This document shows, in pieces, positions 1 through 9,334 of a stretch of DNA of 64,000 nt (position 1 is the first letter of the stretch; each line of letters opens with the position of its first letter). The notes under the pieces are model-generated. The model made no database searches and was not told where the DNA came from. It saw only the letters and a list, made by a program, of their open reading frames with translations. A program made the translations under genes and the position numbers. Origin of the DNA: an uncultured Actinomycetes bacterium (GTDB taxonomy: Bacteria; Actinomycetota; Acidimicrobiia; Acidimicrobiales; CAVRDY01). Location of the stretch: contig CAVRDY010000007.1 in NCBI GenBank assembly GCA_963719935.1, forward strand, positions 16,335 through 80,334, in the 5' to 3' direction.

Positions 1-654
1 CACCATCTGGTACACGAGGCCCGCACCGAGGATGGAGCCCAGGGCCCCGGGGTGACGCCGGATGCGCCCCACGCCCAGGTGCACGGCTGTGGCGAAGCGC
101 CGCCATCCCTCGCCCTCGGTGAATCGGCCACCGACGCGGGGGTGGTTCACCAACCAGAGCAGGCCCACCAGCCCCCCCAAGGTCACCAGCGCGATGCCGA
201 TCGTGGCCCTCGTCTGGGTGCCTCCGGCCCGCACCTCGCGGTCGAGCGCGAACCCGGCCAGGGTGATGGCGGGGAGCACGATCCAGCCGGTGAGGCGTTC
301 GAGAACGACCGAGGCGAACGATCCGGGCCCGTCGCCGGAGTCCTTGGCGAGGCGGGCGACGCGCACGAAGTCGCCCCCGATGGTCGTGGGCAGGGCGTTT
401 GAGACGAACTGACCGGCCAGCAGGTGGGACAGGAGCCGCCGGTAGTCGCAGCTCAGGGCCAGGGCGTGGGCCACCTCTCGCCAGCGCACCGTGGCCAGCA
501 GGTAGCTGGCGAGCATGAGGATGGCCGCCCCGGCCAGCTCGGCCAGCGACTCCAGGCTCCATGTGGGCAGGAGGTGGGTCCAGTCGACGCCCTCGTCGAG
601 GCGCCAGAACAGCAGGCCGAGCAGCGCGACCGACACGGCCAGCCGTACCGGCAT
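1..654 (-). CDS. Flippase-like / lysylphosphatidylglycerol-synthase TM-region family (UPF0104) membrane protein; C-terminus runs off the window
   Basis: Not in the ORF track because it runs off the edge. My reverse-strand translation from ATG (652-654) reads MPVRLAVSVALLGLLFWRLDEG...LLAGQFVSNALPTTIGGDFVRVARL...TLAGFAL... It has several hydrophobic helices and the N-x-LP-x3-GG[DE]-x2-R motif typical of this family. Confidence 0.6.
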   Translation of the reverse strand, partial: MPVRLAVSVALLGLLFWRLDEGVDWTHLLPTWSLESLAELAGAAILMLASYLLATVRWREVAHALALSCDYRRLLSHLLAGQFVSNALPTTIGGDFVRVARLAKDSGDGPGSFASVVLERLTGWIVLPAITLAGFALDREVRAGGTQTRATIGIALVTLGGLVGLLWLVNHPRVGGRFTEGEGWRRFATAVHLGVGRIRRHPGALGSILGAGLVYQMV

Positions 655-930
655 GGCCCAGCTGCGCTTCGACTCGGTCGTGGCTGCCACCGCCGGTGCT
701 CCCGTCGACTGCTCTCTGGTGGGTCCGAATCTCTCGTGCGTCCAGCTGGATCGGTCCGGAGGACCACCCTACCGCCGCCCCCCGGCACCACCCGCGGCAC
801 CCGGTACGCCAGGGCCGCTGGCGGGCCTCAGCCCGGCCAGTGGCGGCGGCACGGACAACGCCAGGGGGCGCGACCCCATAGCGGTCAGAAGATGCGTACA
901 CTCGTTCGTACCCCTACGGAGGAGGCTCCC

Positions 931-1962
931 ATGACTCGGCGGTTCATCATCCCCATCCTGGCTCTGCTGGCCCTCGTGGCCGCGGCCTGCGGCAACAAGT
1001 CAGCCGATGAGGTCACCTCCCAAGAAGACGACAGCGAGGGGGGCCTGGCGCCCTCCGAGGTGACCGGTGGGTACCTGGCCAAGGTGGCCAAGGACACCCT
1101 CGACGTCGAGACCGGCCGGTTCGAGATGACCATGGACTTCTCCGGCGAGTTCGACGGCACGGCAATCGACGCCTCCATGACGGCCGAAGGTGCATACGAC
1201 AACTCGGTGCCCGCCACCCAGATGAGCATGGACATGGGCTCGTTCATGGACTCGATGCTGGACATGGCCGAGGCCAGCGGTGAGGACATGACCGGTGCCG
1301 AGATGCTCGACGGCATCGACTGGTCGATGGAGACGATCCAGATCGGTGACACGGTCTATGTACGGACCGGGATGTTCGCCATGCTGGGCGGGCTCTTGGG
1401 TACCGAGATCGACGATGACACGTGGTTCCGCGCAGACACCGGTGACATGGCCGGCGGTGACATGGAGTCGCTCACCGGCGCCCAGACCACCGGCATGGAT
1501 CCCGACATCTACCTCGAGTTCATGCAGGGCGCCGGCGAAGACGTCGAAGAGCTGGGCACCGAGGACATCCGGGGTACCGAGGCCACCGGCTACCGGGTCG
1601 AGGTGTCGGTGGCCGACGCTATCGAAGCCCAGGTCGACGACGAGGCAGTTGCCGAGATGGAGGAGATGTTCGAGCAGTTCGGTGGCGGTGAGTACCTCGA
1701 GCTCACCTTCCCGGTTGACATCTACGTCGATGGCGAGGGCAGCGTGCGCCGTGTGGTCCTGGCCATGGACATCGCCGACATGGGATCCGCCCTGGGCATG
1801 TCCGACGCCGACCTCGGCGGAGGCAGCATGGAGATCTCGGTCACCACCGACTTCTTCGACTTCGGCGAGGACATCACCATCGAAGCCCCGCCCGAGGATC
1901 AGGTCCAGGACATGGAAGACCTGATGGGCGGCATGGGCCTCGAGGGCTTCGGCACGAACTGA
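931..1962 (+). CDS. Secreted acidic lipoprotein, function unknown
   Basis: In-frame ATG at 931 within ORF 424..1962. The N-terminus MTRRFIIPILALLALVAAACGN has a signal peptide and lipobox (AAAC). The mature part is Asp/Glu/Met-rich. Confidence 0.7.
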   Translation: MTRRFIIPILALLALVAAACGNKSADEVTSQEDDSEGGLAPSEVTGGYLAKVAKDTLDVETGRFEMTMDFSGEFDGTAIDASMTAEGAYDNSVPATQMSMDMGSFMDSMLDMAEASGEDMTGAEMLDGIDWSMETIQIGDTVYVRTGMFAMLGGLLGTEIDDDTWFRADTGDMAGGDMESLTGAQTTGMDPDIYLEFMQGAGEDVEELGTEDIRGTEATGYRVEVSVADAIEAQVDDEAVAEMEEMFEQFGGGEYLELTFPVDIYVDGEGSVRRVVLAMDIADMGSALGMSDADLGGGSMEISVTTDFFDFGEDITIEAPPEDQVQDMEDLMGGMGLEGFGTN

Positions 1963-2054
1963 GCCGACCCCATCAGGACCCGTCTCGCGAGATGTCGCCC
2001 CGGGCTTGTCCGGGGCGACATGCGCGTGGTGGCCGTCCCCTACCCTGGGCGGCC

Positions 2055-2951
2055 ATGCAGACCCGACGGATCGACATAGGCCCGGTCGAGCTCGAGCTCG
2101 TCGAAGCGGGCGAGGGGGGCCGGCCCCTGCTCCTCCTCCACGGCTTCACGGGCACCAAGGAAGACTTCAGCGACTGGTTCGGCGCCCTGGCTGCCGAGGG
2201 CTGGCACGTGGTGGCCCCCGACCAACGTGGCCACGGCTCCAGCGCCAAGCCGGACACCGAGGCGGACTACAGCCTCGAGCAGTTCGCGTCCGACGCCCTG
2301 GCCCTGGCCGACCGCCTCGGCTTCGAGCGCTTCGCGGTGCTCGGCCACTCGATGGGGGGCATGCTCACCCAGCATCTGGTTCTGGCCGCGCCCCACCGGG
2401 TGACGGCCCTCGTGCTCATGGACACCCACCACGGGTCCCTCGACTCGGTCGACCCCCAGCTGGTCACCATGGGAATCGAGTTGGCCCGCGCCCAGGGGAT
2501 GGAGGTGGTCGCCGACGTGGTGGCCGCCATGGGCGAGGACGACCCGCTGGTGACCCCGGCCTACCGCGAGATGATCGAACGCCGACCCGAACGCAAGGTG
2601 CAGAGCGACGCCAACCTGCGTGCCGTGGCCCCCGCCATGTACGCCGCCATGTTGGCGGCCATCACCTCTGCGGCCACCGAAGACCGCCTGGCACACCTGG
2701 CCGGCCTCGACGTACCCACCCTGGTGATGGTGGGCGAGCAGGACGCCCCCTTCCTGGTGGCCAGCGAGCGGATGGCCGCCACCATCCCCGGAGCCCGGCT
2801 GGCGGTCATCCCCGGGGGTGGTCACAGCCCTCAACTCGAGGCACCCGATGCCTGGTGGGAGGCTTTGGCGGGATTCCTTGCAGCCGTGGCTGCCGAGTCC
2901 GGCGATGCCGGCGATGCAGGAGTCCCATCGGTCGCCGAGGCCGGCCGATGA
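2055..2951 (+). CDS. Alpha/beta-fold hydrolase
   Basis: ORF 1992..2951. Plausible start MQTRRIDIGPVELELVEAGEGGRPLLLLHGFTG (HG oxyanion motif) and nucleophile elbow GHSMGG. Confidence 0.85.
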   Translation: MQTRRIDIGPVELELVEAGEGGRPLLLLHGFTGTKEDFSDWFGALAAEGWHVVAPDQRGHGSSAKPDTEADYSLEQFASDALALADRLGFERFAVLGHSMGGMLTQHLVLAAPHRVTALVLMDTHHGSLDSVDPQLVTMGIELARAQGMEVVADVVAAMGEDDPLVTPAYREMIERRPERKVQSDANLRAVAPAMYAAMLAAITSAATEDRLAHLAGLDVPTLVMVGEQDAPFLVASERMAATIPGARLAVIPGGGHSPQLEAPDAWWEALAGFLAAVAAESGDAGDAGVPSVAEAGR

Positions 2952-4621
2952 CCGGGCCCGGGGAAGCCGCGGAACCCACACCGTCTCGGGCCACGGCGGC
3001 CAGCTGGCTGCCGCCTCCCTGACTCCCTTCGGCGTCGAGGAGATGTTCACCCTCTCGGGCGGCCACATCTTCCCCTTCTACGACGCGGCGGTGGCCGAAG
3101 GCCAAGGTGACGGACGCGTGCGAGTGATCGACATCCGCCACGAGCAGACGGCCACGTTCGCCGCCGAAGGCATCGCCAAGCTGACCCGCCGCCCCGGCGT
3201 GGCCGTGCTCACCGCAGGGCCCGGGAGTCACCAACGGCATCTCTGCGGTCACCACGGCGGCCTTCAACGGATCGCCCCTGGTGGTGCTGGGAGGCCGGGC
3301 CCCGCAGCGGCGATGGGGGTCGGCTCGCTCCAGGAGTTCGACCACGTCCCGGTGCTGGCACCCGATCACCAAGCACGCCGCCACGGTGACCAGCACCGAC
3401 GCCATCTGCGCCGACACCTACGAGGCGCTGCGCATTGCGGCTGAGCCCACACCGGGGGCCGGTGTTCCTCGACTTCCCCCTCGACGTGGTGTTCGGTCAC
3501 GGGACGGGCCAGGTGCCCACGGGGGCGCCCATCGTCGAGCGGGATCGATCCCGACCCCGACGAGGTGGCCCGTGCTGCCGCGCTGCTCGCCACCGCCACC
3601 GCGCCCGCTCTGATCGTCGGCAGCGACGTCTACTGGGCCGGCGCCTGGGAAGCACTGGCGGCGGCCGTCGAGCACCTGCGGGTGCCCACCTTCGTGAACG
3701 GACTGGGTCGGGGTTGCCTGCCCGCCGACCACGAGCTGGCCTTCTCCCGCACCCGGGGCATGCTGAAGACCGACGCCGACGTGGTTGTCGTGGTCGGCAC
3801 GCCCCTCGACTTCCGGCTCTCGTTCGGCTACTTCGGCGACGCCCAGGTGGTCCACGTCGTCGACCACCCCGACCTGCGGGCCACCCACGTGCGACCCGGC
3901 GGTCTCACCGGCGGGCGACCTGGAGCGCCGTGCTCACCTCGCTGGCCGAACTGGAGCGGGCCGCCGTGCCGACCACGAACCGTGGATCGGCCGCCTGCGC
4001 GACGCCGAGGCGGCGGCCCGGGCCGCCGACGAGGCCGCTGCTGGAGGCCGACAGCCGACCCGATCAAGCCCACACGGATCTACGGCGAGCTGCGCCGGGT
4101 GCTCGACGGCGACGCCGTTGTCGTGTGCGACGGCGGCGACTTCGTCTCCTACGCCGGCAAGTACATCGACTCGCAACGAGCCGGGCTGCTGGCTGGATCC
4201 GGGACCCTACGGCTGCCTCGGCACCGGCATGGGCTACGCCATCGCCGCCCGCGTCGCCCACCCCGACCGCCAGGTCGTGGCCGTGCTGGGCGACGGCGCC
4301 GCCGGCTTCTCGCTCATGGACGTCGACACCCTGGTCCGCCACGAGCTGCCGGTGGTCATGGTCGTGGGCAACAACGGCATCTGGGGTCTCGAGAAGCACC
4401 CGATGCAGATGCTCTACGGCTACGACGTGGCCGCCGACCTGCAACCCGGCTGCCGCTACGACCAGGTGGTCACGGCGCTGGGCGGTGCCGGCGAGGTCGT
4501 CACCACCGCCGACGACATCGGCCCCGCTCTCGACCGGGCCTTCGCCGCCGGGGTGCCCTACCTGGTGAACGTGCTCACCGACCCCGCTGACGCCTATCCC
4601 CGCTCGTCCAACCTGGCCTGA
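2948..4621 (+). pseudogene. Thiamine-pyrophosphate enzyme (acetolactate synthase large subunit / oxalyl-CoA decarboxylase-like) disrupted by many frameshifts
   Basis: Family-typical segments are scattered over all three + frames, in ORFs 2818.., 3281.., 3435.., 3565.. and 3785..: GGHIFPFYDAAV...IRHEQTATFAAEGIAKLTRRPGVAVLTAGPG / RAPQRRWG / GSLQEFDHVPVLAP / ITKHAATVTSTDAICADTYEALRIAAEP / RGPVFLDFPLDVVFG / PALIVGSDVYWAGAWEALAAAVEHLRVPTFVNGLGRGCLPADHELAF / [39 protein letters not shown] / [59 protein letters not shown]. Confidence 0.75.
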
Positions 4622-4663
4622 TACCTCGGGCCGCGCAGCTGCCCGGGCGCCGGGTGAGGGGGT

Positions 4664-5041
4664 TCAGCGGGTCTTGTCCAAGAAGCGCTCGCGGTCGACG
4701 AGCACCCGGGTCACGCGTCCCGCGGCCACCAGGCCCCGCTCGTCGCGGGCTGAGACCTTGAAGATGACCCGGCGACCCTTCACCTCTTCCACCGTGGCCT
4801 CGGCGGTGACGGTGGATCCGACGGCGGTGGGTGCCAGGTGATCGAACTGGACCTGCATGGCCACGGTGGTCTCGCCGTCGGCCAACTGACCGGACAAGGC
4901 CCTGACGGTGGCTTCCTCGCACAGTGCGATGAGCCTGGGGGTGCCCAGCACGGGCACGTCTCCCGAGCCCAGGGACACGGCGGTGTCGGCGTCGGAGACG
5001 GTGAGGTCGGCCTGGGCTGCCGAGCCGGGATCCACGGGCAT
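4664..5041 (-). CDS. Hotdog-fold thioesterase family protein
   Basis: 125-aa ORF of typical size. The pattern (LGTPRLIALCEEA...VAMQVQFDHLAPTAVGSTVTAEATVEEVKGRRVIFKVSARDERGLVAAG) fits small hotdog thioesterases. Confidence 0.7.
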   Translation of the reverse strand: MPVDPGSAAQADLTVSDADTAVSLGSGDVPVLGTPRLIALCEEATVRALSGQLADGETTVAMQVQFDHLAPTAVGSTVTAEATVEEVKGRRVIFKVSARDERGLVAAGRVTRVLVDRERFLDKTR

Positions 5042-5178
5042 CTGGATACCATACGAACCCCGCCCCAGCTGCGGCCAACTGCCACCACCCCCGACCCGAC
5101 CCGCGCCGACCCGGTGGCCGGCACGGTGGCCGGCACGGTGAGGGCCCGGTTGCCGCCACCCACCCCGAAAGGCCTGCT

Positions 5179-6570
5179 GTGATCCACGAGGACGTGCTCG
5201 AACGGGTACTCGGTGCCGCCCTGCGCACGGGGGGCGACTTCGCCGAGGTGTTCGCCGAGGACAAGCGCTCCTCCTCGGCCCTCCTCGACGACGGCCGGAT
5301 CGAAGAGCTCACCTCCGGTCGCGACCGAGGCGCAGGAATCCGTGTGGTGGTGGGCGAGACCACCGGGTTCGCCCACACCGCTGACCTGTCCGAAGCGGGT
5401 CTGCACCGTGCCGCGGAGGCCGCCGCGGCCGCGGCCCGGGGAGGTGGGGGCGGAACCCGCGTCGTCGCCCTCGAGAGGAGCGACGCTCCCAGACCCAACG
5501 AGGTCCTGCGCGACCCCGGCGAGGTCGCCAAGGCCACCAAGGTCGAGCTGTTGACCCGCGCCGACGCTTCGGCCCGGGGCGCGGGCGATGCCATCAGCCA
5601 GGTGTCGGCGCGCTACGCCGACAGCCGGCGCCGGATCCTGGTGGCCAACAGCGAGGGGGTCCTCACCGGCGACGAGCAGGTCCGTTCCCTGTTCTCGGTG
5701 AGTTGTGTGGCAACGGGGGACACCGGCATGCAGACCGGCCGCGAGACCGTGGGGCACACGGTGGGCTTCGAGCTCTTCGACCGCCATGATGTCGACGACC
5801 TGGCCGACCGGGCGGCGCAGCGGGCGCTGACCAAGCTGGGCGCCCGTCCCGCCCCCAGTGGTGAGATGCCGGTGGTGATCGCCGCGGGTGGGGGAGGCGT
5901 GCTCTTCCACGAGGCCTGCGGTCACGGGCTCGAAGCCGACCTGGTGGCCAAGGGGGCGTCGGTGTTCCGCGATCGGGTGGGCCAGCAGGTGGCATCCCCG
6001 CTGGTCACACTGGTCGACGACGGCACCATGGCCGAGGAGTGGGGGTGCTTCGCGGTCGACGACGAGGGCAACCCGGCCCAGCGCAACGTCCTGATCGCCG
6101 ACGGTGTGCTCACCGACTACCTGTGGGACCGACTGCGGGCCCGCAAGGCCGACCGGGCCTCCTCGGGCAACGGGCGGCGCCAGAGCTACCAGCACCTGCC
6201 GATGGTGCGAATGACCAACACCTATGTCACCAACGGCACCGAAGATCCCGAAGCCATCATCGCGGGCACCGACCGCGGCGTGTACGTGAGTCAGCTCGGA
6301 GGTGGACAGGTGAACACGGCCACCGGAGACTTCGTCTTCGGCATGACAGAGGCGTACCTGATCGAAGGCGGGCGGATCACCGCCCCCCTGCGGGAGGGAA
6401 ACCTGATAGGCAACGGGCCCGAGGTGCTGGCGTGCATCGATGCGGTGGGCAACGACTTCGCCATGGGCTCACCGGGCACGTGCGGCAAGGACGGTCAGGG
6501 GGTTCCCGTGGGTGACGGCGTACCGACCCTGCGGGTGACGCGCCTCACCGTGGGTGGGACAGCGGCATGA
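5179..6570 (+). CDS. tldD: Metalloprotease TldD
   Basis: 463-aa ORF with full-length TldD-like sequence (GDFAEVFAED...GAGIRVV...HEACGHGLEAD...). Its stop overlaps the pmbA start (ATGA). Confidence 0.9.
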   Translation: MIHEDVLERVLGAALRTGGDFAEVFAEDKRSSSALLDDGRIEELTSGRDRGAGIRVVVGETTGFAHTADLSEAGLHRAAEAAAAAARGGGGGTRVVALERSDAPRPNEVLRDPGEVAKATKVELLTRADASARGAGDAISQVSARYADSRRRILVANSEGVLTGDEQVRSLFSVSCVATGDTGMQTGRETVGHTVGFELFDRHDVDDLADRAAQRALTKLGARPAPSGEMPVVIAAGGGGVLFHEACGHGLEADLVAKGASVFRDRVGQQVASPLVTLVDDGTMAEEWGCFAVDDEGNPAQRNVLIADGVLTDYLWDRLRARKADRASSGNGRRQSYQHLPMVRMTNTYVTNGTEDPEAIIAGTDRGVYVSQLGGGQVNTATGDFVFGMTEAYLIEGGRITAPLREGNLIGNGPEVLACIDAVGNDFAMGSPGTCGKDGQGVPVGDGVPTLRVTRLTVGGTAA

Positions 6571-7919
6571 GCGTCGACGTCGAGAACCTGTTGGCCATCG
6601 GCGACCGCGTGGTGGCCATGGCTCGTGAGGACGAGCAGGTCGAAGTCGTGGTCGTCGAAGACCACGACACCGAGATCCGTGTCTACGAGGGTGAGATCGA
6701 GTCCTTCTCGGTGGCCGACTCGTCGGGGGTGGGGATCCGGGTCGTGCGCGACCACCGCCAGGGATTCGCCTACGCCGGCTCACTCGACGACGACGTGCTG
6801 GCCGACACGCTGGCCGACGCACGCGACAACGCCACCTTCGGCACCCCCGACGAGGCCCTGGGCCTCGCCGAGCCCGACGGGGTGGAACCCGCCTCCCTGG
6901 ATCTCTGGCACGAAGAGGTGCTCACGTTCCCGACCGAGGCCAAGATCGATCTGGCCCTGGCCCTCGAGCGGGCGACGATGGCCGCCGACTCCCGCATGTC
7001 GGGGATCGAGTCCGCTGAGTACGTCGACACGGCCGCGGCGGGGGCCATCGTCACCACCACCGGTGTCCGCACCGCATCGCGTGAGGTGGCCTGCTACCTG
7101 ATGGTGTGGGCCATGGCCACCGAAGGCGACGAGACCCAGACCGGTTTCGGTTGGTCGCTGGGCCGCGACCCGGCCCGCCTCGATCCCGAGGTCGCCGCCG
7201 CGGACACCGCAGAGCGCGCCACCCGGCTGCTGGGAAGCACCAAACCGGCCAGCGAGCGGCTCACCGTGGTGCTCGACCCTTGGGTCACCGCCCAGTTCCT
7301 GGGGATCATCGGGGCCACCCTTTCCGCCGAGGCGGTGTTGAAGGGCCGTTCCCTGTTCGCCGACCGGCTGGGCGAGCCCGTGGCCGCTCCCTTCTTCAGC
7401 CTCGTCGACGACCCCACCGACCCCGACGCGTTCACCGCCACCGAGACCGACGGAGAGGGTCTGGCCACTCGCCGCAACCTCTTGGTGTCCGACGGTGTTC
7501 TGGGCGGGTTCCTCCACAACGCCTACACGGCGCGCCGGATGGACACCCGGTCCACGGGCTCGGCCGTGCGGGGCTTCAAGAGCACCCCCGGCGTTGGTTG
7601 CCATGCCCTGGCCCCTTCTCCGGGCGCCCGGTCCCAGGAGGAGTTGGTGGCAGGAATCGACCACGGCCTGCTGGTTCAGGGGGTGTCGGGCCTGCACTCG
7701 GGAGTGAACCCGGTCTCGGGAGATTTCTCCACGGGGGCCGAAGGCCTACGCATCCGCGACGGCGCCCTGGCCGAACCGGTGCGCGAGTTCACCATCGCCT
7801 CCACGATCCAAAAGATGCTCCTCGACGTCGCCGAGGTGGGCTCCGACCTGATCCGCCTGCCCATGCGGGCCTCGGGGGCCAGCCTGGTGATCGCGGACGT
7901 CACCATGTCGGGCACGTGA
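6567..7919 (+). CDS. pmbA: Metalloprotease PmbA/TldE
   Basis: 450-aa ORF, translationally coupled to tldD, with PmbA/TldD-family sequence throughout. Confidence 0.9.
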   Translation: MSVDVENLLAIGDRVVAMAREDEQVEVVVVEDHDTEIRVYEGEIESFSVADSSGVGIRVVRDHRQGFAYAGSLDDDVLADTLADARDNATFGTPDEALGLAEPDGVEPASLDLWHEEVLTFPTEAKIDLALALERATMAADSRMSGIESAEYVDTAAAGAIVTTTGVRTASREVACYLMVWAMATEGDETQTGFGWSLGRDPARLDPEVAAADTAERATRLLGSTKPASERLTVVLDPWVTAQFLGIIGATLSAEAVLKGRSLFADRLGEPVAAPFFSLVDDPTDPDAFTATETDGEGLATRRNLLVSDGVLGGFLHNAYTARRMDTRSTGSAVRGFKSTPGVGCHALAPSPGARSQEELVAGIDHGLLVQGVSGLHSGVNPVSGDFSTGAEGLRIRDGALAEPVREFTIASTIQKMLLDVAEVGSDLIRLPMRASGASLVIADVTMSGT

Positions 7920-7968
7920 GCGTCCCCTGCGCTGCGTACGCGTAGTCGACTTCCACGCAGATCCGCCT

Positions 7969-8700
7969 TCAACCGGCCTGTCCGTGCAGGGCCAGCACAG
8001 CGGTACCCGACGCGAGGCCGGCGGCGAGCATCGGAACGTGTTGTTCGTTGGCGGCGACGGTGATGGCGTCGGTGTCCACCGCGACGACCACGGCCTCCTC
8101 GGTCACCGTCAGGACGGCACCGGTCCCATCGGTCGTGTGGATGTCGACGACATCGCCTACGCGCAGGGGCGGCACGGCAATGGCGACGGGCACGGCCACG
8201 GCGCGATGCCCCGCAGGGACGAGGGCGGGCGTGCCGTCCAGCCCGGCAGGTGCCACTCGGGCTGCGACGATCGGTTCACCGGCCATTACCGCCTGGGCCA
8301 CCACGCGTCCGACCGGATCCTCCACCAGCCCCAGGCCGGGTGGCGGCGGCCAGTCAACCGTGGCGAGGTCGGCGGGGCCGATACGGGTGCCGGGCACCAG
8401 GTCGTGGGTGGCCACCGTGGTGCGGACGGCCACGGCGTCTCCCGGTGAGGCGAGGGCGTCGAGCCAACCGGGAAGGACCAGTAGCGCCCACAGCGCCGAC
8501 AGGGCTGCGACACCACGGCGGTGGTGTCGCAGCCAGCGAACCGGACGGACGCGCCCGAGGCCCCGCCGCCGGGATCGCGCGGGGAGCCTTCTCGTGTGCG
8601 ACCGGCGGGACGTACGGGGTCGGGGCCACGGACCCCGGGCGTTGGTGGGCGTTGGTGGCGGCACTCGGTTCCCTCCGGGTCGGGATGCACGGGGTCGCAC
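7969..8700 (-). CDS. SAF-domain (CpaB/RcpC-like) protein with N-terminal Arg-rich region and one TM helix; start uncertain
   Basis: ORF 7969..8700. TM AALSALWALLVLPGWL is followed by the SAF-like segment VATHDLVPGTRIGPADL...VMAGEPIVAARV. Its synteny next to fmdB/galU/moeA is common in actinobacteria. Confidence 0.6.
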   Translation of the reverse strand: MRPRASRPGGNRVPPPTPTNARGPWPRPRTSRRSHTRRLPARSRRRGLGRVRPVRWLRHHRRGVAALSALWALLVLPGWLDALASPGDAVAVRTTVATHDLVPGTRIGPADLATVDWPPPPGLGLVEDPVGRVVAQAVMAGEPIVAARVAPAGLDGTPALVPAGHRAVAVPVAIAVPPLRVGDVVDIHTTDGTGAVLTVTEEAVVVAVDTDAITVAANEQHVPMLAAGLASGTAVLALHGQAG

Positions 8701-8775
8701 ACACCCCGGAGGGCACGAGCGTCCGATGGCGTCCCTTTGGGGCGCGAGGGGCCGGTGGCGGCGAGGGGGCGCGGG

Positions 8776-9195
8776 TCAGGCCGCGGTCGTCGAACTGGAG
8801 CCGGTGGTCGAGGTGCTGTTGGCGGAGCCGGACTTGGCTCCCTCACCCGAGGAGCCGTTGCCGCTCTTGGAGCTGGTTCCCGACGAGGAGGACCCGGCCC
8901 CGTCACCCGAGGAGCCGCCGGATTCGTTGCCTGCCTTGGATTCGTTGCTTGCTTTGGATTCCTCGGTTGCCGTGGCGCTCTTGGTCTCACCGGAGGTGGC
9001 CGAAGCCGAACGGCCCGAGGAGCGGCTGTCGGTCTTGTAGAAGCCCGACCCCTTGAAGGAGATGCCCACGGGGCTGAATACCTTGCGCAGAGATCCCTGA
9101 CAGGAGGGGCACTCGGTGAGCGGATCCTCGGTGAAGGCCTGGACAACTTCGAGTTGGTTCCCGCAGCTCCGGCAGGCGTACTCATAGGTGGGCAT
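8776..9195 (-). CDS. FmdB-family zinc-ribbon regulatory protein with Ser/Gly/Thr-rich tail
   Basis: N-terminus MPTYEYACRSCGNQLEVVQAFTEDPLTECPSCQGSLRKVFS is the canonical CxxC...CxxC FmdB zinc ribbon. Confidence 0.85.
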   Translation of the reverse strand: MPTYEYACRSCGNQLEVVQAFTEDPLTECPSCQGSLRKVFSPVGISFKGSGFYKTDSRSSGRSASATSGETKSATATEESKASNESKAGNESGGSSGDGAGSSSSGTSSKSGNGSSGEGAKSGSANSTSTTGSSSTTAA

Positions 9196-9255
9196 CGGTC
9201 GTGTCCTCCGCCGGTGTCGGTGCCCCGCACCCGGAAGGGGTGGGGATCAGGACGG

Positions 9256-9282
9256 TTAGCACTCTCAACTGGTGAGTGCTAA
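9256..9282. promoter_or_regulatory. CIRCE operator (HrcA-binding inverted repeat), perfect consensus
   Basis: TTAGCACTC-tcaactggt-GAGTGCTAA matches the consensus TTAGCACTC-N9-GAGTGCTAA exactly. It lies in the divergent fmdB/galU intergenic region. Confidence 0.7.
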
Positions 9283-9334
9283 GGCTAGCGCGCGGCTCCG
9301 GGCGCTCACCACGTTGGGCTAGCGTGCCTGCCCC

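Noticed and set aside
8048-9282. Several overlapping 250-330-aa ORFs across the SAF/FmdB region (8048..9040+, 8250..9056+, 8286..9230-, 8521..9282+).
   Set aside because: They are low-complexity Pro/Arg/Gly translations that overlap the well-supported SAF-domain and FmdB zinc-ribbon genes. No motifs are present.
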